The notes below the pieces were generated by a model, which was not told where the DNA came from, did not search any database, and was given only the letters and a program-made list of their open reading frames with translations. Below, one piece after another: positions 26,659-50,500 of a DNA stretch of 64,000 nt (positions are counted from its first letter, which is position 1; each line of letters opens with the position of its first letter). The DNA comes from Ancylonema sp. Taxonomy: Eukaryota. The translations under genes were made by a program, and so were the position numbers. The stretch is taken from NCBI GenBank assembly GCA_050230475.1, contig JBFLGF010000092.1, forward strand, positions 1 to 64,000, written 5' to 3'.

Positions 26659-27601
26659 CATAGTTGCACGAGCGCCGAACCGTTTCCGAACCGCATCTTA
26701 GATGGAACCGGTTCCGACAAAAGTGGCCGCGGTTCGGAACCGTGGGATTTTGGGTTTTTCCACTTAAACGGCATTTTGAGGGGCTATATAGCCCGGGAAA
26801 AAACGACAAAGAGTTTTTTTTTGTGTCCCACTTCATGGTCTATCCAAAAAAATAAAACAAAAAAATGATATACATTGTAAAAAAACTCAAAACGATTTTT
26901 CTCATTAGTGTATCTACCTGCTTTTGGTGCATTTCTCTGCTTTTATTAATTATGTGCACACTTCCTTGCTATTTATGTAAAAGTAGTTATATAACAAGTT
27001 CCACGTTCAGTTTCAATCTTTTTTCAACCATCCATAATCTGCATTCCATATATCTTTCTTCATTCCCATTCCGTGTTTTAATTCCATGTGAAAATGTTGC
27101 GACATAATGTTGTCACCCGTTTTGTATTGCCACTCGACATTTTATTTAACTTTCCATGGTTCTTTTCTTTTCAATCATCTACTCAAACCTGCGGCAATCC
27201 ATTTATATCCACTCTCTTCCTACTCAATTCTCCTACCTTTCACATCCCTTCCTTCTCCAAAGTTTTTCATAGTGAAAGGTCGCGTGCTGTTTTCTGCCAA
27301 CGAAAATGAAGCCCACCACGTCCTGCCATGGCGCAAAATAAAGCAAATTGAAACTAACAATGGCCGCGCCATATTTCTCCGATGTTTTTTTTCACAACTT
27401 TAGCGTCTCCAATTGACGTGGAGTCACCAACATGAACATTTACAACGATTTATTTCCCCCGCGTACGTTTTTTGGGAGAGAAAAAATATTAGACCGCGGT
27501 AAGGAGTAAAACCCTAAAAATCTCCCGGTTCGTCCGGTTCCGAAACGGTTCCATCTCGGAACCGGTTCCAAATAAAAAAACAGCCGGTTCGTGCAACTAT
27601 G
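26659..27601. mobile_element. Non-autonomous hAT element, GAACCG family
   Basis: TIR CATAGTTGCACGA/TCGTGCAACTATG; perfect TSD ACGGTAGT. Confidence 0.92.
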
Positions 27602-27940
27602 ACGGTAGTTGGGCCGGATCCAACCGGGTTATCTTTGATCCGGAGCCGATTCGGGTAGGGGATTGGGCCCAACTATGGTCCACATACTCCGTGTACTTAC
27701 GAATACAATACATGTATTGGGCTCTTTTTTGGCACCAAGTTGAGCTTGCAAATGATTTTGGAACCCACCAACCAAAAGTTTGTGGCTCTAGTTGCATGAC
27801 GCTTTACTAAAAATTGTGTTCGACTGTGAGAGGTTATAACCGTTTTGTGACACGAAAACAATGCCTTGTACTCATTGACCTCACTCATGTGACACCACGG
27901 TCTATACATGAAACCTCAAAGTTGAGTGCATCCGCATGTA

Positions 27941-27980
27941 CAGTAAAACCTGTCTTAATTAGTTAAAACAGGATTCACTG
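27941..27980. mobile_element. 40-bp Tigger/pogo-like hairpin MITE
   Basis: TA|cagtaaaacctgtcttaa ttag ttaaaacaggattcactg|TA. Confidence 0.55.
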
Positions 27981-27987
27981 TAGATGC

Positions 27988-28403
27988 TGTTAGTTTTTAG
28001 GGGCTATGAACTTTTGTTGTTACATCGATTTTTCCGATCCGTTAGCTGTAGTTTGAGTTCTTGTCGTTATTCACCAAATGCCGGCCGAACTTGTAAGTAA
28101 TGATTGTGTCGACAAGTTCTGGCCAGTCAGCATAAGTGTCGATGAGTTTTAGTTGATGTGGCAGAATGCTTAGCTGTGATTGGTGTTGACTCAAATAGCT
28201 TCGATATGTTGACTTAGACATTATGTCGATTACACTCAACTGTACTAAGTGTGGACTTGCACGCAAGATCCTGCAATCAGACTTTCTATCTCAAGCTTGC
28301 ACTTTTGTTGTGTTAAAGCTTGTAATGTCGTGATCGATTGATTCATGAGTTGATTAAGAGTTGAACTTTATTCTTGCAAAGATGGCAGAAGAAAGTTCTC
28401 ACA
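27988..28403 (+). mobile_element. Solo LTR of the copia family
   Basis: Homologous end to end with 22965-23368; TG..CA termini; TSD gatgc/catgc; no PBS or PPT. Confidence 0.92.
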
Positions 28404-28912
28404 CATGCTACATTCGCCCCTAACCACGAAGATTGGAAACATCTGTAATCTTTAATGCCACTTCATCATTTTGAAGATAGAATGTCCATTGCGTTTCCAC
28501 AATGCTAAATGTTTAAAACCAAGACACAAAATACGACATAGATCTGAACCCCTCGAGGAGTATCAACACATCAAGAAAGCAGATTAATACTGCCAAGGAT
28601 CACAAAAAACTTTCCCTTTGCACTTTTTAACGAACATGCTACGTGCAGACGGACCGCTTTTATATGAAATGATTATTTGTCCCTAACAAAAGGCATGGGG
28701 GCAAATATACAAGGACCAAAACAAGCACGAATACAATTACAAATACGGGAACAAATACATCACAAAATAATCAACCCAAAGAAAAAAGAGACGAGGGAGG
28801 GGCTCTAAATCAGCTCGCACATCACACAAAAAGCTTCAACAAATTACCGTTTTCCCTCTTTACAACAAGATATACGTTATAAAATTAGAAACCTCCTTCT
28901 AGTCTTTTCTAC

Positions 28913-32822
<3,910 letters not shown>

Positions 32823-33268
32823 TTGACTGCCAGTTAAGAGCTTGACTGGCGCTAACAGAGAGGAACACTGACGGCACGGCTCCTCTCAAGAGAATTTATA
32901 CGTAACACATGACACATGTGGGCAATGTGTGCCAATGCAGGCGAACCCCAGCTCCTGCACTTCGCGGACGGCTTTCGTTGGAGAGCCTTAGAGCAGAACC
33001 GGACAACAAAGACTAGGAGACGGTTCCTTCGCAGCGTCCACAGAACGGTGGCACTAGTATCAACCCCGCTGGAGAAAGGTGAGCGAGGACTGTCAGGGAT
33101 AGATTTGCACGCGCTAGTGGGTAGCAGGATGTCGTTCCAGGACAACCAGAAGTCGCGGTACAGAGGACCACGTGGCATATTCTGAACCCCGGGGGCGACC
33201 ATGCGTGACTAGGGTTACTGTGTCAGGCCCTAAAAATACAGGCGGTTATTGAAAAGGTTTAAACTATA

Positions 33269-33905
33269 GGGAACGCGTCTCCGCACCCAGTTTTCCTTAT
33301 CCGCACCCAGTCGGCCAGTCACGTACCGGCTGGTGATATGGCCGTTTGGGACTTGCCGTAAAAAATAATTAGATAACCTGGACTGCAACACGTGTAACAA
33401 TACTGCCACATCAGCGAAACGAAGCATGAGGTCTGGTAGCCTCCCTTTCCACTCACTTCAGCCTCAATTCAACCATAGATGTACACGCCCGTCAAAATCT
33501 CCGCCGGGCGGCGTCCGCGGGCGAAACCGCCCGCGGGCGAAACGCGGGCGAGAATGCCCACGTGGCATGCGGGTATATAAAGCTTATGTAGGGTTCTGGT
33601 GTATTCAGTTTTTAAAACTCCATATTGATCGGAATAAAACAAAAAAAATGCTAATATCAATTATATAGGTTCATCTACATGAAACTTTTTTTTAAAAAAG
33701 ATTATCATAAAATGTCTAGAAGCTATGCTTTTTTGAACTTGCTTTCTTGAAATTCTGAAATTCAGCGCGCCCGGAAAGGGCGGCTGGGCGGCGCACGCGG
33801 GCGGCTCCGCCCGCGGGCGAAGTTTCAAACGGCCAAATGCCCAGCCGGTACGCGACTGGCCGACTGGGTGCGGATAAGGAAAAGTGGGTGCGGATACGCG
33901 TTCCC
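33269..33905. mobile_element. Mutator-like (MULE) MITE upstream of NSI
   Basis: ~65-bp TIRs starting GGGAACGCGT; perfect 9-bp TSD TAAACTATA; interior carries a GGGCG-rich hAT-like fragment starting catagatg at ~33474. Confidence 0.85.
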
Positions 33906-36271
33906 TAAACTATAATTCGGGATAAAGCTTAATAATGTTAATAAAGCATGAGAGACAATACTTTTGAGGTGAAATATAATTAACGCTGATCACAATGGTC
34001 GAATTCAAAATTAAAAGTTCTAAATATTCACCATATCGTGAAACTTCCCCACATCTTAACATACGGATTGTAAATTTGAAAGACCCCACTTGTAATATTG
34101 TTATAATGGTTTTCCGGCATATGTTTAGTACATCGACTTAGGGTAGTCCCAACTGACATTTAATACGTGTTCAATTATGCAAAAAAACACCGTTATTTGC
34201 ATTCGAAATTTACACGTAACATACATATTAATTTGTGTCGGGAAGGCGACATAACTTCATGAGTTAGTTCCAAGAAATGGTTGCTTTGCATTACACCATA
34301 CATGTAGAATCTTTTCAATTCAACAAAACGTCAATGAATCGGGGAATGCATGTTTTTTCCTCGCATTCTCTAAGTGACTTCACATTGGAAATCAAAATAA
34401 AAGCGAGTAAACCCGACATCAATCCAATTGTATCGATGAAGTTCTCCACGTGAGAGATATCGATTCTACGACAAATTAACGTGACCAAAATTGTTTTCTC
34501 TGGTGAAATTATATGACAATAAAATTGAGTATCTTTACATTGAAATACACCACACGGAGTGTCGACGTATCCACGTGTGATTTTCGATACGTACATTTAC
34601 ACAGCTTATCACAACCAAGTTTTTATCCGACATTCGAAAACACAAGCTACAAGAGGTTACAAAATGTCAATCGTGGCCTCATCGAGAACCGGAAGATTAT
34701 AACCGAAAAAACGGCGACTACACTCACATGAAAAGCCCTAAAAATATTGATGGTCCGCCATTCTCGGCGCCCGGTATCTCTTCTTCCAAGGAGAGCTAAC
34801 CGAACCATGTTCAAAACTACTTTGATCCCAATTTCATCCGTAAGCAACCGTTCTTCCGTGACATCGTCGTCTTTGCTTTGTGTAGGAGCGGCTACGGGAA
34901 CGAGAAGAAGGGCTATGGAGGACACTCTTGAAGGTCTCATGACTTCCTTCTCCTTGATTATTGCGGGTGGAGAAAGTACTCTTTGCAGGGTCACAATGCG
35001 TAGAAGACCGATGTGTCCAATTGCATAGTACCACACGGGCTAAAAACAATAAGAAAAAACTTTTTTTTCACGGGTAAAGAACTGGCTTTCAAGCGTGCAA
35101 GCATCGATGATTGCAAAGATTTGGTTGTTGTTGTTAGAGAACGACATATTGGTATGTATTGTAATTGTGATGTCCACGTCCGAGATTGATTGTTGCGCTT
35201 TGGAGGGCATGGTCTAAAGCACGGTCCGTCCACCTATCGCAACGGCTGTTCTCGTTTTCCCTCTTATATAACTAGGCTCACACAAGGCGTAGTTTTCTCT
35301 ATGGCACCTTTGGTCTTTTTCCGAGGAGGCGGAAGCACGAACTTATCCCCGAAAGACCCCCCACTCTGTGCGCCCGGAAATCGAGGCCGTCTTGGTCTCT
35401 CGGGTGTTCCACCATTGTTATTTCAGACTCTATAAATTACTCCCTTCCAACAGGGAGCTAGCGTTGTGTTGGCTCCAATCTTTCCTACGTATGTTCACAA
35501 GGTCGTGGTCCTTCCACAACCCGACATCCCCTTTTTTGTATTTTTTGTCCCCCCATAGTTACTTCTCAGGGCCTAGAATGTTAATAGTTAGGGCCTAATA
35601 ATTTTTCAACAGGTCTTACATAAAATCATGTTCTTCTTAGGCCTACTTATTGGTTCATACTTGTTTGTTTTGTAATACTAGTGACGTAAAGTAATACATA
35701 ATAGTGAGGGGTTTCATTATAAAACTTCCCCATCCCTATGTATAACCATCCCTCGATACAACATAAACCAGGATCTAAATACTTTTTTCAACTATAAAAT
35801 GTTATGATTCCCTGCCAAAAGTTCCTTCGATATGATTCAAATATAAAAAACTTATACTGAATGTCGTTATACGTTGGCTATTACGGTACTTCTCGAAGAT
35901 GACGAAGTGTAAAAAAAAATTAGAATACAATATCATGATAAACTAGAACACCATACATATGAGATTCACTATTAGGTAAGTACTTGATTGTTCTATTTCA
36001 TTAGACATTTACATTTACTTAGGCACTTGACACACTAGCTTTTAGATATAATTTATTATTTTACGGATCCTACAGGTCCAAAATGACCCCCCCCCTCCCC
36101 CTTCCATTTCTATTGGTTGAGGCAACCAAAAGGCAATAAGCTCAAGTGTGATGCCACAAAATGTGTGACTCCAACATGTGGCATAAAAACCAAGAAACAT
36201 TTTATTTTCTGCGGCCAACGTGCCACTTGAAGTTCTGACACATGGCAAAATGATTCGGCAGCTATATAAAA

Positions 36272-36914
36272 CATAGTAGCATGAAAACGGCAAAAATCGG
36301 CCCATACGGCGTTTGCCATACGCGGACGTATGGCATACGCCCATACGGCCAAAATTGTACTTGGAAAAGAATTTGCAAAATAATTTTGTAAATTTTGTAA
36401 AAAAAACATAAAGCGAAGTAGAATGGTTTTTTTTTGTAGGGATGGTAAAATGATGATATTACGTAATATCAAAAGACTTTTTCACAAGCACACCCAATTC
36501 GTGTTGAGAATCAATTGATGTAAGTCCAGAATGTTAAGTATGGAACTTGAAAGTAAACATGTGGTGAAGAAGGGTGGAAAAGAAAAGAAGAGAAGAATCG
36601 GGAAATAATTTGGAAATATATACTTGCGAGGCAAAAACTACGGACATGGAAAATACAAAAAATAAATAAAAAGAAGGGAAATATCGAAAATGAAAGTAAT
36701 GTAAAAATCATTAATTTGCACGATAGGGGAGAAAAAAAAAAAAAAAAAAAAAACTAGTTTACGGCCGTTTGGCAAACGTCTGTTCAATGTACGGACGTTT
36801 AGAAAGTTGCGTTTGGACCAGCGTATGGTGTTGCGTCCGTACGGCTAAAAGTGCCGTTTTGACGTTTGGACGTTTTGCGTTTGCAAAACGCGTACGCGTT
36901 TTGATGCTACTATG
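36272..36914. mobile_element. hAT MITE, ACGG/CGTTT family
   Basis: TIR CATAGTAGCAT.AAAACG; perfect TSD ATATAAAA. Confidence 0.92.
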
Positions 36915-37243
36915 ATATAAAAGCTACGTGTCGAAAAATCTCTATGCAAGAATACTTTCTGGACCAACTCAACACATTTTGTCTCATTTTCCGGATTTCG
37001 TAGTGGATAAAACAGAGACAAAAAAACGTATTAAAAACGTGTTATTTACGATTTGCTCTTGTTGCACAACAAAGGCACACTCTCAACTTCAATGATCTGG
37101 TTTTATGGCATGTGATGATCACATGACGTTACGGAGAGCCTCTATCAAGAGTGGCTGTGGGCCTCACGATTATTTCAAGGTAGAGCCTATAAAAATGAAT
37201 TCCATATGTCCTTCGACTCCCAAGTAGGAAAAAAGATAACCTT

Positions 37244-37949
37244 TTACTTTCCCTTTTTTGCTTGCCTAAGTCTTCGTTTCTCTTTGGAGCTCCTTGAAAG
37301 CCCGCCATTCACATCATTTTCTTTTTCCACTTTGTCGTCTGGAAACTCGTACCTTAGTGATTTCTGAGAACCCAAGAGCACAAGAAAGGTAGTGAGCGTG
37401 TGAAGGTACTGAGCACGTGCTTGAAAAGATGTAAAACGTCAGATAAGAAAATCGGTCATGACCGTTACAATAATCACCATCTATGCAGGCATGCATAGAT
37501 ACGGATTGTGATACACTGCTTTGCATTCTTATGTGTAATATATCTGGCCAGGGAGTCCCACCGCGGAAATTTCTTCCCAGCCGAATCAGGCGCTTCAGAT
37601 TAACTGCTGAGAATTTGAGAAGTCAATCTGATCCCCCTCTGAATCACTGGTGCTGTGTCTACGCCATAACTACATCACTTGCCTGTATCCTTTCGGCAGA
37701 GCTACATCAATATGCAGCCTTCGTTTTCGTTCTTACGAAAAATGTCAGTTTACTCGCCTGAAAACTTCATATTTTCTTGAAAATTAGATTTGCCGAGTCA
37801 TTTCGAGTCACTATTGTGCTTCGAATTGGCAGTCAAACGATGTTTCAAGGGATCCCCACCTCTCGCATTTCGTTGAAACTAACGCCGACGAAGGTGAGGA
37901 CAGCGAGGGCTCCGATACCAAGAACCGGAAACACATCGGAGGTGTCCAT
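37244..37949 (-). CDS. Predicted 69-aa single-pass membrane microprotein with basic C-terminal tail, 2 coding exons
   Basis: Exon 37949-37860 MDTSDVFPVLGIGALAVLTFVGVSFNEMRE (donor GTGGGG) joined in phase 0 to exon 37363-37244 KSLRYEFPDDKVEKENDVNGGLSRSSKEKRRLRQAKKGK* (acceptor ttctcag); an upstream acceptor near 37980 suggests a 5-prime UTR intron. Confidence 0.7.
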
Positions 37950-38628
37950 GTCAGAAGTGTCCCTGACAAATGCGCTGGGCTGAAGAAGAACAATCAACAA
38001 TACAAGTGGTTTGATGCAACTATAAGGCAGTCCTCGACTCATGCGGAGCCCAATTGACCGGAATAGAACCGGTACATGGCTAATTCTGAGCAGCTCCTTC
38101 AACGGTGAAAGATTCTATTCACTGCTTGGGAGCTTTAAGGGATGACGGGGGCGTGCGTAATTTAATTTGCTTGTGATTTCAGGTAAATTTTCCGATAATA
38201 CTCGGGCTTTGCGAGGATGGGAGCTGATAGGGATCTCTCAGAGTTGTATCCAGACATAGTGTACTACTCTGAAGTGGAACTCAGTTTTCCATTGCAAAAA
38301 ATTGTTGTTACGCAGGAGGTTGCGCCAGATGTGATCGCCAGATGTGATCGCCATACATCCATTTATCGCCCTACATCGGGTTCAGGGTACCTGCATTTCT
38401 CAGAGTTTCAGGTTTTGGCGCATGATGATATTTAAAGACAGCGGCGCCTTCTGATTTTCGGGCAGCAAGTGGCCGCACAGCACATGATTGTTCTGGTCGA
38501 AAACTTTCAGCGAAGTAATCGAAACCTATCTCACTCGCAATTGTAGCTGTCAGAAGTACGCAAATGCCGATTGGCAATCATCGGGCGGAGACGGAAAAAG
38601 GTGATCACTGAGCTGAGTTTCCGTAGAG

Positions 38629-46326
<7,698 letters not shown>

Positions 46327-47028
46327 TCGGAAGGGGGCAAGGAGAGGCAGGGTGGGCGAAGCAATATCCGTGGGGTTTGGTGGAGGGACTGTGGTAAGGT
46401 GAGAGGTGGGGACGCAGAAAACTTTGGGGTCAGAATGCATTAGGTGTTACACTGGGAGTGGTGGTCTTCTGGTGGCTCGTATGTATGAGGAACATTCACA
46501 ATCTATACATTCTGTGTTGATAGGCTTTTTTGGTATGTAGTTTCAGGGGCAGTAAATAATATATGATATGTATATGATATTATTGTCTGTGGCATTTTGT
46601 TAACATTGAGATTGTGAAGGGGCACAATGTTTGTTTTGTTTCTTTCCTTTTTTCCCCGTCTACTTTTCTCTTACGCGTATCAAAAGTGTGGGTTGTCGCG
46701 TTGGGTTGCAGCTCGGTATTTTCTTTTATGGTTGAGTCATAACATTTGCCAATTTCCCGAATGGGGGCAAGAGAACATTTGCCAGTCAGTCAAATGGGTG
46801 CAAGAGAGGTCATTGATGTCATTCTTGTGTACCATTCGAAATTTCCGCTTGAAAATGGTGTTAAGAAAAGGGTCATTAGAATATAATATTGATGTGATGT
46901 GTTGATATGTTTGTGCAAGGGAGTTTCAAATAAGGTGTGGTTGGTGGGTAGATCCATTCTCTGATCCATGGTTGAAGAGTCATGATGAGCTCAAGTAATA
47001 CTTTTTCCTTTTTGTTGTTGGTTGACAT

Positions 47029-47285
47029 CATAGTTAGGAAAAAAATCTCGCACATGTTAGGAACATGTGCGCTCAACCGCGAACACATGTGTCCGCCCAA
47101 GTAGGAAAATGAAACTAAGATTAGAAGATACAAAATACGTACTGCCATGAGCAGCCGCTATTAACTGAGTCTAATTTGTAATTTCTAATTTCTAAATTTA
47201 TAATTTGGATTTTGCCAAATGCACGATGCGCACACGTTTGGAACATGTGCGTCAAACCCGCGCACATCGCGCACTGAGTGCCCAT
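47029..47285. mobile_element. Degenerate hAT MITE, GCGCACATG family
   Basis: catagttagg start, cgcacatg repeats, homology to 8738-9006. Confidence 0.55.
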
Positions 47286-47288
47286 CTA

Positions 47289-47529
47289 CTCCGTACTGGC
47301 CATATATAATTACGGTTAGATAACTATGAGAAGGATAGGTCAGGTCAAATGAAGTCATTCAATTTTTTTAAAAAAAGTGGGTCATTGTATTTGGGTCACC
47401 AGATAAGAAACATTTTTTCAGGATGTTGGGATTTTTTTATTTGGGTGCGCGGGGTGGGTCAAGCGGTGGTATCTTGGCTAAATTATTTCGTTTTTAAGAC
47501 CCCGGGTCATTTTCGTATATGCATTACGG
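47289..47529. mobile_element. Tc1/mariner-type MITE (CCGTA..TACGG family)
   Basis: Homologous to 25298-25538, TA-flanked. Confidence 0.8.
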
Positions 47530-50500
47530 TAATTATTATCATATTGGTCCTCCAAGGTCCGTTTTAAAGCCGGGAATGACGGATTAGTGGTAGTGGGATA
47601 CTTCCATTTATTCGATCCGGGTTTTTGAAAGGTTCGTCGCGAAGAATTAATGATGGATAATCACACTTCTTGTAATACTTAGTCTGTGTGGTGCTGAAAT
47701 GCGGAAGAATGACCCTACGATTCCGGACACGTCTTAGTACCCCAGAATATTGGAGGCCACATGTAACCTGAAAAAATCGCGATCTGATCAGGTCCCGATT
47801 TTGAAACTGTTCGGTCTGCGGTCCCAAAACTTGGTGTTGCGCGCGCTGACTTGGAGCCGGGCTCGCAAAATCCGCGAGCAGAGCGGGACTCACTATAATT
47901 TGGGCCATAGTGGATCCCCAAGCCAGAAAAATTGCTCGCCGGCGTGGAGCCATGCTCGCAAAACCCGCGAGCGGAGCGGGATCCAGAGGACAATAAAATA
48001 AAATCAAATGGTAGCCCTGTCCCCTGCTAAGCGATGGACTCTTATCCTTGTGCAAAACTCTTTCATCAACCTTTGTATTCCGTCATTATCCCGTCCCCGT
48101 TTGCAATGCCCCCTTGTCGTTTTCAAGCTACAATTGTGTCGTTTAGCATGTCTTCCGTTCATGGTATTTTTTCGTACCATCGTTGTCTTCCCATTCCTTG
48201 TTAGTTTTTAGGGGTTGTGAACTTTTGTTATTATGTCGATTTTTACGATCCGTTCGCTGTAGTTTGAGTTCTTGTCAATATCCAGAAAATGCCGGCCGAC
48301 CTTGTAAGAAATGATTGTGTCGACAAGTCCTGAGTTCTAGTCAGCATAAGTGTCGATAAGTTTAAGTCGATGTAGCATAATGCTTAGTTGTGATTGGTGT
48401 TGACTCACATAGTTTCGATATGTTGACCTAGGCATTCTGTCGATCACACTCAACTGTACTAAGAGTGGACTTACATGCAAGATCCTGTAATTAGACTCTC
48501 TATCTCAAGCTTGCACTTTTGCTGTGTTGATGCTTGTAATGTCGTGATCGATTGATTCATGAGTTGATCTTTATTCTTGCAAAGATGGCAGAAGAAAGTT
48601 CTCACAGTGGTATCAGATCAAGATATTGCATCCTGGACGGAGAAAAAGCCCTTTTTCAAGCATGGCGATCCAAGGCCTCAGCGATCCTTGATGATGTTGA
48701 ATGTCTTGAAATCTGCAAGGGCACAGAGGTGGCACCAGAAGAAGTGTTTGCCAGATATGATGATGAGGACTGGCCATTAAACGAAGCCGAAATGGACCAG
48801 TACTCTGCAGATCTGAAGAGTTTCCGAAAAAGGACAAAGAGAGCAGTGATGTTGATCATGTCGCTTGTTAGTGAAGACATTGCACCAGTGCTAGAGCAGT
48901 TCGAAAGAGATCCCAAATCAATGTGGAATTACCTGAAGGATAAATATGACAAAATAACTCCTGACCTTCGACAGCTCGCCAAGGAGAAGCTGAATTCTTT
49001 CAAAGTGAATGAGAAGCTGTCAGTTCGAGATATAAAACTGGAGTTCCTGACAATTCTGCGAGAGTGCACACATCAAAATTACACAGTCAGCAAGGAAGAT
49101 CAGGTGATGACGCTGTTTGCCGGGATGGCAAAAACAACGTAAGGACTTCTGAAGCGACTCTACTATGGACAGAAAGAGGCACCAGGAATCGATTGGATCT
49201 GGGCACAGATGGGAGTCGACGAACTGGGTGACAAGAAAGAGCAGGAGGTTAAAGATGCAGAAGCTCTGGTTGCTGAAGCCAACTATGCCAAGTGGTCATC
49301 CCGACAAAATTTCTCTAGTCGAGGCAGAGGTGGTGGCATCGATAATCGAGGAGGCGGAAGTGCAAGCAGAGGAAATATTGGAAGCAGTCGTGGGAGCAGA
49401 GGTGGTCAAGGAGGACGAGGTGGCAGCAGTGGATCTAGTGGAGGTCATTCTTGCTACACATGTGGAGACACATGTCATTACAGTCGAGACTGCAAAAAGA
49501 AAGATGCTGAGTGCAAGTACTGTGGAGCGATCGGTCATGTTGAGTTTACCTGTTTCGACAAAAAGAATGAAGCTCCACGCATGCAGAGAAAGGGATTGCG
49601 CACAGGGAGATATGCGTTTGTCGATGAAGCTGAGATCGAAGAAGATGACTGCTGCGGACATGGTGAAGGTGTCGTTGCAGAAATCTGCGAGGGGAATGTA
49701 GCAGATCTTGGTGATGCAAAAAAATGCTTTCTTTTTTACGATGGCTCCAGCCATCATTCAAGTGGACAGAAAAGCCATTTCAAAACTCTCGAGGAAATTC
49801 CACATGAGGTCATTATGCATCATCTTGTTGGCATTGTTCGAGTCAAGCAATGGGGGACAGTCGAGCTCAATACAGATGGAGAGTGTGGTCGGAGTGACTC
49901 TCCAAAAATGTCTTTACATTCCAGGCATGAGAGTAAATCTGTTCAGTGGGCAACAAGCAAGGGAAGCAGGCTGGTCGTATACCTGCAGTGGCAAGCCGGG
50001 GGCATAATTCCTGTCTTCAACAAATGTGGGAAGCATGTCTGCACGCTGCACGAAACATGGACAAGTCGCAAAACTCTAATGTGCACACCAGTTCGACATC
50101 AAAAATGCATTGTGGGGGAGGCTGTTGTAGCTGCCATCGATATCAATCGACTCCACACCAGACTAGGGCATGCGAACGAGAGGGTGTTGAAAAATATGTT
50201 TCGAGATGAACTTGATGACTTGATGACTTGATGACTTGATGACTTGATGACTTGTGAGAGGACTTGAGGGAGGAATTTTAGGGGTCATGAAAAATTGTGA
50301 GGGCTGCAAGTTGGGAAAAGGTTATGACAAACCTCATCCACGTCGAGAAGCAGGTGCAGGAGAGAAAGTGTGTCTTGGAAGAGTGTTGGTGGATCTGGCA
50401 GGGCCATCCAAACCAACATCGATTGGGCGCGGAAATTTAAACATGGTGATCGTCGATGAGTTCAGCTAAAAATCATGGGAAGAGATTCTGCGACACAAAG

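Noticed and set aside
33267..33907. hAT call for the TAGGG..CCCTA element
   Set aside because: No 8-bp TSD with those ends; a perfect 9-bp TSD appears when the ends are set at GGG..CCC, indicating MULE.
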